The position numbers and the translations under genes were made by a program. Under the pieces are notes generated by a model. That model did no database searches and was not told the origin of the DNA. It saw nothing but the letters and a program-made list of their open reading frames with translations. A stretch of 61,496 nt of DNA from Actinomycetes bacterium (GTDB taxonomy: Bacteria > Actinomycetota > Actinomycetes > Actinomycetales > Cellulomonadaceae), in NCBI GenBank assembly GCA_023432565.1, contig JAEYUL010000043.1, positions 1 through 61,496 of the forward strand. Reading direction: 5' to 3'. Position 1 is the first letter of the stretch. Every line of letters begins with the position of its first letter. Positions 57,217 to 61,496 of the stretch are shown piece by piece.

Positions 57217-60200
57217 ATGGACCTGACCGGACTCCTGCCAGCCCTGCTCGCCGACCCGGCTGCCGCTGCCGCGCTCGAGGCGCTGCCCGCACGCGGTGCG
57301 GTCGACGTCGTGGGGCCTGCGGGCGTGCGGCCGCCGCTGCTCGCGGCGCTCGCCGGGGCCGGCGGTCACACCCAGGGGCGTCCGCTCGTCGTGACCACCG
57401 CGACGGGCCGCGACGCCGACGAGCTCGCCTCCGCGCTGCGCTGCTACCTGCCGGACGACGACGTCGCGGTGCTGCCCGCGTGGGAGACGCTCCCGCACGA
57501 GCGGCTCTCACCGCGTGCGGACACGGTCGCGCGGCGGCTGGCGGTGTTCCGCCGGCTCGCGCACCCGGCGCCCGAGCCGGGGCCGAGCGGACCGATCCGC
57601 GTGCTCGTCGTCCCCGTCCGGGCGCTGCTGCAGCCGGTGGTCGAGGGGCTCGGCGAGCTGCGGCCGGTCGAGGTCGCCGTCGGGGACCGGGTCGACCTCG
57701 AGGACCTCACGCAGCGGCTCGTCGACGCCGCGTACAGCCGCGTGGACATGGTCGAGAAGCGCGGCGAGTTCGCGGTGCGTGGCGGCATCCTGGACGTGTT
57801 CCCGCCCACCGAGTCGCACCCGCTGCGCATCGAGCTGTGGGGTGAGGACGTCGAGGAGATCCGCTGGTTCTCGGTCGCGGACCAGCGTTCGCTCGAGATC
57901 GCCGAGCACGGGCTGTGGGCGCCCCCGTGCCGCGAGATCCTGCTGACCGAGGCGGTGCGCGAGCGTGCGGCGACGCTCGTCACGCAGCTCCCCGGCGCGA
58001 TCGACATGCTCGACAGGCTCGCGGCCGGGATCGCTGTCGAGGGCATGGAGTCGTTGGCACCCGTGCTCGTCGACCGCATGGTCCCCGTGCTCGACCTCGT
58101 CCCCGACGACGCGCTGATGGTGCTGGTCGACCCGGAGCGGATCCGGCGCCGCGCGCACGACCTGGTCGCGACCACGCAGGAGTTCCTCGAGGCGGCGTGG
58201 ACGTCGGCCGCGGCGGGTGCCGCGACGCCGCTCGACCTGTCGGCGGCGTCGTTCGCGACCTTCGCCGACGTCCGGGCGCTCGCGGCGGTGCGGGGTCTGG
58301 GCTGGTGGACGCTGTCCGGCTTCACGCTCGACGCGGGGGCCGACGACGCGCACGCGGATGCCCCGGTGCGCGACAGCGACGGCGTGGAGACGCTCGTCGT
58401 GGGGGCACGCGACGTCGAGCGGTACCGCGGCGAGGTGGCGCGCGCCGTGGCCGACGTGCGTGCCCTGCAGCAGTCCGGGTGGCGGCTCGTGCTCGCGACC
58501 GAGGGGCACGGCCCCGCGCAGCGCATGGTCGAGCAGCTCAAGGCAGCGGACTGCCCCGCGCGGCTCGTCGGCGCGATCGACGCCGAGCCCGAGGGTGGCG
58601 TGGTGCTCGTCGTGCCCGCGCCGGTGGGCCCGGGGTTCGTCGCGGAGCCGATTCACCTCGCGGTGTTCTCCGAGTCCGACCTGACGGGGCGGGCGGGGTC
58701 CTCGACGCGCGACATGCGCAGGATGCCGAGCCGCCGGCGCAACGTCGTCGACCCGCTCGCGCTGCGGGCCGGCGACTTCGTCGTGCACGAGCAGCACGGC
58801 GTGGGCCGGTTCGTCGACCTGGTCCAGCGGACCATCGGCTCGGGTGCCGCCGCGGCGACGCGCGAGTACCTGGTGATCGAGTACGCGTCGTCCAAGCGCG
58901 GGCAGCCGGGGGACCGGCTGTACGTGCCGACGGACCAGCTCGACCAGGTGACGAAGTACGTGGGCGGCGAGGCGCCGAGCCTGAACCGCATGGGTGGCTC
59001 CGACTGGGCCAAGACCAAGGGCCGGGCGCGCAAGGCGGTCAAGGAGATCGCCTCCGAGCTCATCCGCCTGTACTCGGCCCGCATGGCCACGGCGGGGCAC
59101 GCCTTCGGCCCGGACACCCCGTGGCAGCGCGAGCTCGAGGACGCGTTCGCGTACGTCGAGACGCCGGACCAGGCGGCGACGATCGACGAGGTCAAGGCCG
59201 ACATGGAGAAGCCGATCCCGATGGACCGGCTGGTGTGCGGCGACGTCGGCTACGGCAAGACGGAGATCGCGGTGCGCGCCGCGTTCAAGGCCGTGCAGGA
59301 CGGCAAGCAGGTCGCGGTCCTCGTCCCGACGACGCTGCTCGTCCAGCAGCACCTCGACACGTTCACGGAGCGCTACTCGGCCTTCCCCGTCACGGTCAAG
59401 GCGTTGTCGCGGTTCCAGACCGCCAAGGAGAGCAAGGCGATCGTCGACGGGCTCGCCGACGGCTCGGTCGACGTGGTGATCGGCACCCACCGGCTCATCA
59501 CGGGCGAGGTGCGGTTCAAGGACCTCGGGCTCGTCGTGATCGACGAGGAGCAGCGGTTCGGCGTCGAGCACAAGGAGACGCTCAAGGCGCTGCGCACGAA
59601 CGTGGACGTCCTGGCGATGTCCGCCACGCCGATCCCGCGCACGCTCGAGATGGCCGTGACCGGCATCCGGGAGATGTCCACGCTCGCGACCCCGCCCGAG
59701 GAGCGGCACCCGGTGCTGACGTTCGTCGGCGCGTACGAGGAGAAGCAGATCTCTGCGGCGATCCGTCGTGAGCTGCTGCGCGAGGGTCAGGTCTTCTACG
59801 TCCACAACCGCGTCGAGTCGATCGAACGCACGGCGTCGCGTCTCAACGAGCTCGTGCCCGAGGCCCGCATCGCCGTCGCGCACGGGAAGATGAACGAGCA
59901 CCAGCTCGAGCAGGTGATCGTCGACTTCTGGGAGAAGCGGTTCGACGTCCTGGTCTGCACGACGATCGTCGAGACCGGCCTGGACATCTCCAACGCGAAC
60001 ACGCTCATCCTCGAGCGCGCGGACCTGCTGGGGCTGTCCCAGCTGCACCAGCTGCGCGGCCGGGTGGGCCGTGGCCGGGAGCGGGCGTACGCCTACTTCC
60101 TGTACCCGCCGGAGAAGCCGCTCACCGAGACCGCGCACGACCGGCTGCAGACGATCGCCGCCAACACCGACCTGGGCGCGGGCATGGCCGTGGCGATGAA

Positions 60201-60831
60201 GGACCTCGAGATCCGCGGTGCGGGCAACCTGCTCGGCGGCGAGCAGTCGGGCCACATCGAGGGTGTGGGCTTCGACCTGTACATCCGGATGGTCGGCGAG
60301 GCCGTCGCGGCGTTCCGCGACGACGTCCCCGAGGAGCTGCCGGACGTCACGATCGAGCTGCCGGTCGACGCGCACATCCCGCACGACTACATCGCGCACG
60401 AGCGGCTGCGCCTCGAGGCGTACCGCAAGCTGGCGGTCGCTACCGACGAGGCCGCGCTGCGCGAGGTGCGCGCCGAGCTCGTCGACCGGTACGGACCGGT
60501 GCCCGAGGCGGTCGACAACCTGTTCGAGGTGGCCCAGTTCCGGCACCATGCGCGCCGCGCGGGGCTGTCCGACATCACGGCCCAGGGCAAGTTCGTGCGG
60601 TTCGCGCCGCTCGAGCTGCCCGAGTCCGCGCAGCTGCGCCTCAAGCGCCTGTACCCGGGCTCGGTCCTCAAGCCCGCGCTGCGCACCGTGCTCGTGCCCT
60701 TCCCGACGACCGCGCGGATCGGCGGCAAGCCGCTGCACGGCCGCGAGGTCCTGGCGTGGTGCCGTCAGCTCATCGACGCGATCGTCCTCAACGACGTCTC
60801 GGCGGCCGCCCAGCTCGGCACCACGCGCTGA
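57217..60831 (+). CDS. mfd: Transcription-repair coupling factor
   Basis: WETLPHERLSP, RGGILD, VVH..HG.G, CGDVGYGKTE, DEEQRFGV, QLHQLRGRVGR and DLEIRGAGNLLG motifs. Confidence 0.98.
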   Translation: MDLTGLLPALLADPAAAAALEALPARGAVDVVGPAGVRPPLLAALAGAGGHTQGRPLVVTTATGRDADELASALRCYLPDDDVAVLPAWETLPHERLSPRADTVARRLAVFRRLAHPAPEPGPSGPIRVLVVPVRALLQPVVEGLGELRPVEVAVGDRVDLEDLTQRLVDAAYSRVDMVEKRGEFAVRGGILDVFPPTESHPLRIELWGEDVEEIRWFSVADQRSLEIAEHGLWAPPCREILLTEAVRERAATLVTQLPGAIDMLDRLAAGIAVEGMESLAPVLVDRMVPVLDLVPDDALMVLVDPERIRRRAHDLVATTQEFLEAAWTSAAAGAATPLDLSAASFATFADVRALAAVRGLGWWTLSGFTLDAGADDAHADAPVRDSDGVETLVVGARDVERYRGEVARAVADVRALQQSGWRLVLATEGHGPAQRMVEQLKAADCPARLVGAIDAEPEGGVVLVVPAPVGPGFVAEPIHLAVFSESDLTGRAGSSTRDMRRMPSRRRNVVDPLALRAGDFVVHEQHGVGRFVDLVQRTIGSGAAAATREYLVIEYASSKRGQPGDRLYVPTDQLDQVTKYVGGEAPSLNRMGGSDWAKTKGRARKAVKEIASELIRLYSARMATAGHAFGPDTPWQRELEDAFAYVETPDQAATIDEVKADMEKPIPMDRLVCGDVGYGKTEIAVRAAFKAVQDGKQVAVLVPTTLLVQQHLDTFTERYSAFPVTVKALSRFQTAKESKAIVDGLADGSVDVVIGTHRLITGEVRFKDLGLVVIDEEQRFGVEHKETLKALRTNVDVLAMSATPIPRTLEMAVTGIREMSTLATPPEERHPVLTFVGAYEEKQISAAIRRELLREGQVFYVHNRVESIERTASRLNELVPEARIAVAHGKMNEHQLEQVIVDFWEKRFDVLVCTTIVETGLDISNANTLILERADLLGLSQLHQLRGRVGRGRERAYAYFLYPPEKPLTETAHDRLQTIAANTDLGAGMAVAMKDLEIRGAGNLLGGEQSGHIEGVGFDLYIRMVGEAVAAFRDDVPEELPDVTIELPVDAHIPHDYIAHERLRLEAYRKLAVATDEAALREVRAELVDRYGPVPEAVDNLFEVAQFRHHARRAGLSDITAQGKFVRFAPLELPESAQLRLKRLYPGSVLKPALRTVLVPFPTTARIGGKPLHGREVLAWCRQLIDAIVLNDVSAAAQLGTTR

Positions 60832-61020
60832 CCGGGCAGACCCCCGCCCGCCATCACAGCCGGGACCGCCGCGGGCCGCGTCACGCCCGCCGCGGCGATC
60901 TCGCCGAGGCGACGGCCGTCTGACGGCGTCGGGTCGTCGTGGGGGGGGGGCCGGGCGCCCCCCCCGGGGCCCCCCGCCGCGCCATCGGCCGGACGACCGC
61001 CCGGGCACCGGCCCGGCAGC

Positions 61021-61496
61021 GCGGCCCGCCGGCGACGCAAGGCCCTGCTGGGCTTCCTCGGCGTCGTGGGCTTCGGGGCCACCTGGGAGGTCGTCGCCCG
61101 GACCGGCGTCGTCGACCAGGACTCCGTGCCGCCGTTCACGACGACGCTCGCACGCCTGGTCACCGAGCTCGGTACCGCCAAGCTCTGGTCGGTGCTCGGC
61201 GACACGGTGCTGACCTGGGCGATCGGGCTGGCCATCTCGGTCTCCGCGGCCCTGGTCATCGGCACCGTCATCGGGCTGGTGCCGTTCCTGCGCCGCGCGA
61301 CGCACACGACGATCGAGTTCCTGCGGCCGATCCCGTCGGTCGCGATCATCCCCCTCGCCGTCCTGCTCCAGGGGCTCTCGCGTGAGGCCGCCCTCATCGT
61401 GGTGGTCTACGCGCCGTTCTGGCAGGTGCTCATCCAGGTGATGTACGGCATCGCCGACGTCGACACCGTCGCGCGCGACACCGCCCGCAGCTTCGG
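61021..61496 (+). CDS. ABC transporter permease, NitT/TauT family (runs off the window; 5' end unresolved)
   Basis: The frame read from 61021 gives RRRRKALLG…WEVV…PP…IEFLRPIPSVAIIPL…YG..DVD…ARSF. There is no in-frame start between the mfd stop and the first TM. Confidence 0.8.

Noticed and set aside
57508..61305. Very long antisense and alternate-frame ORFs (e.g. 57508-61305, 38958-42725, 12397-14205, 29987-32065)
   Set aside because: These are shadow ORFs of high-GC codon bias. They overlap well-supported genes and have no recognisable motifs.

Overview
High-GC actinobacterial chromosome segment; gene content and order suggest Micrococcales, Cellulomonas-like (inference). The backbone is the conserved pmt-rsmI-metG-tatD-rpfB-rsmA-ispE ... 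tetR-tRNA(Gln)-glmU-prs-rplY-pth ... mfd neighbourhood, whose homologues cluster at Rv1002c-Rv1020 in M. tuberculosis. Two accessory blocks stand out. (1) At 7.9-12.3 kb: a type VII secretion (EspC-like plus WXG100/EspA-like) substrate pair with degenerate motifs, a large ATPase-LuxR regulator, a ~22-bp-periodic repeat and two coupled small ORFs, one with Trp-Trp-Trp. (2) Between pth and mfd, a ~27-kb Wzx/Wzy-type surface polysaccharide locus: priming transferase, DUF4012, GH71-like hydrolase, 1464-aa LamG/FnIII protein, three O-acyltransferases, Tyr autokinase, fcl, cytidylyltransferase and CDP-alcohol phosphotransferase. Manual reading of intergenic DNA found a GGGTGAAA-type motif 45-46 nt upstream of the predicted -10 at five promoters of the polysaccharide locus. 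It also found an identical 16-mer (MtrA/GlnR-box-like) shared by the rpfB promoter and the GH71 gene promoter, and widespread leaderless gene starts. No CRISPR array, integrase, transposase or rRNA was seen. All calls come from manual motif recognition; no database search was run.
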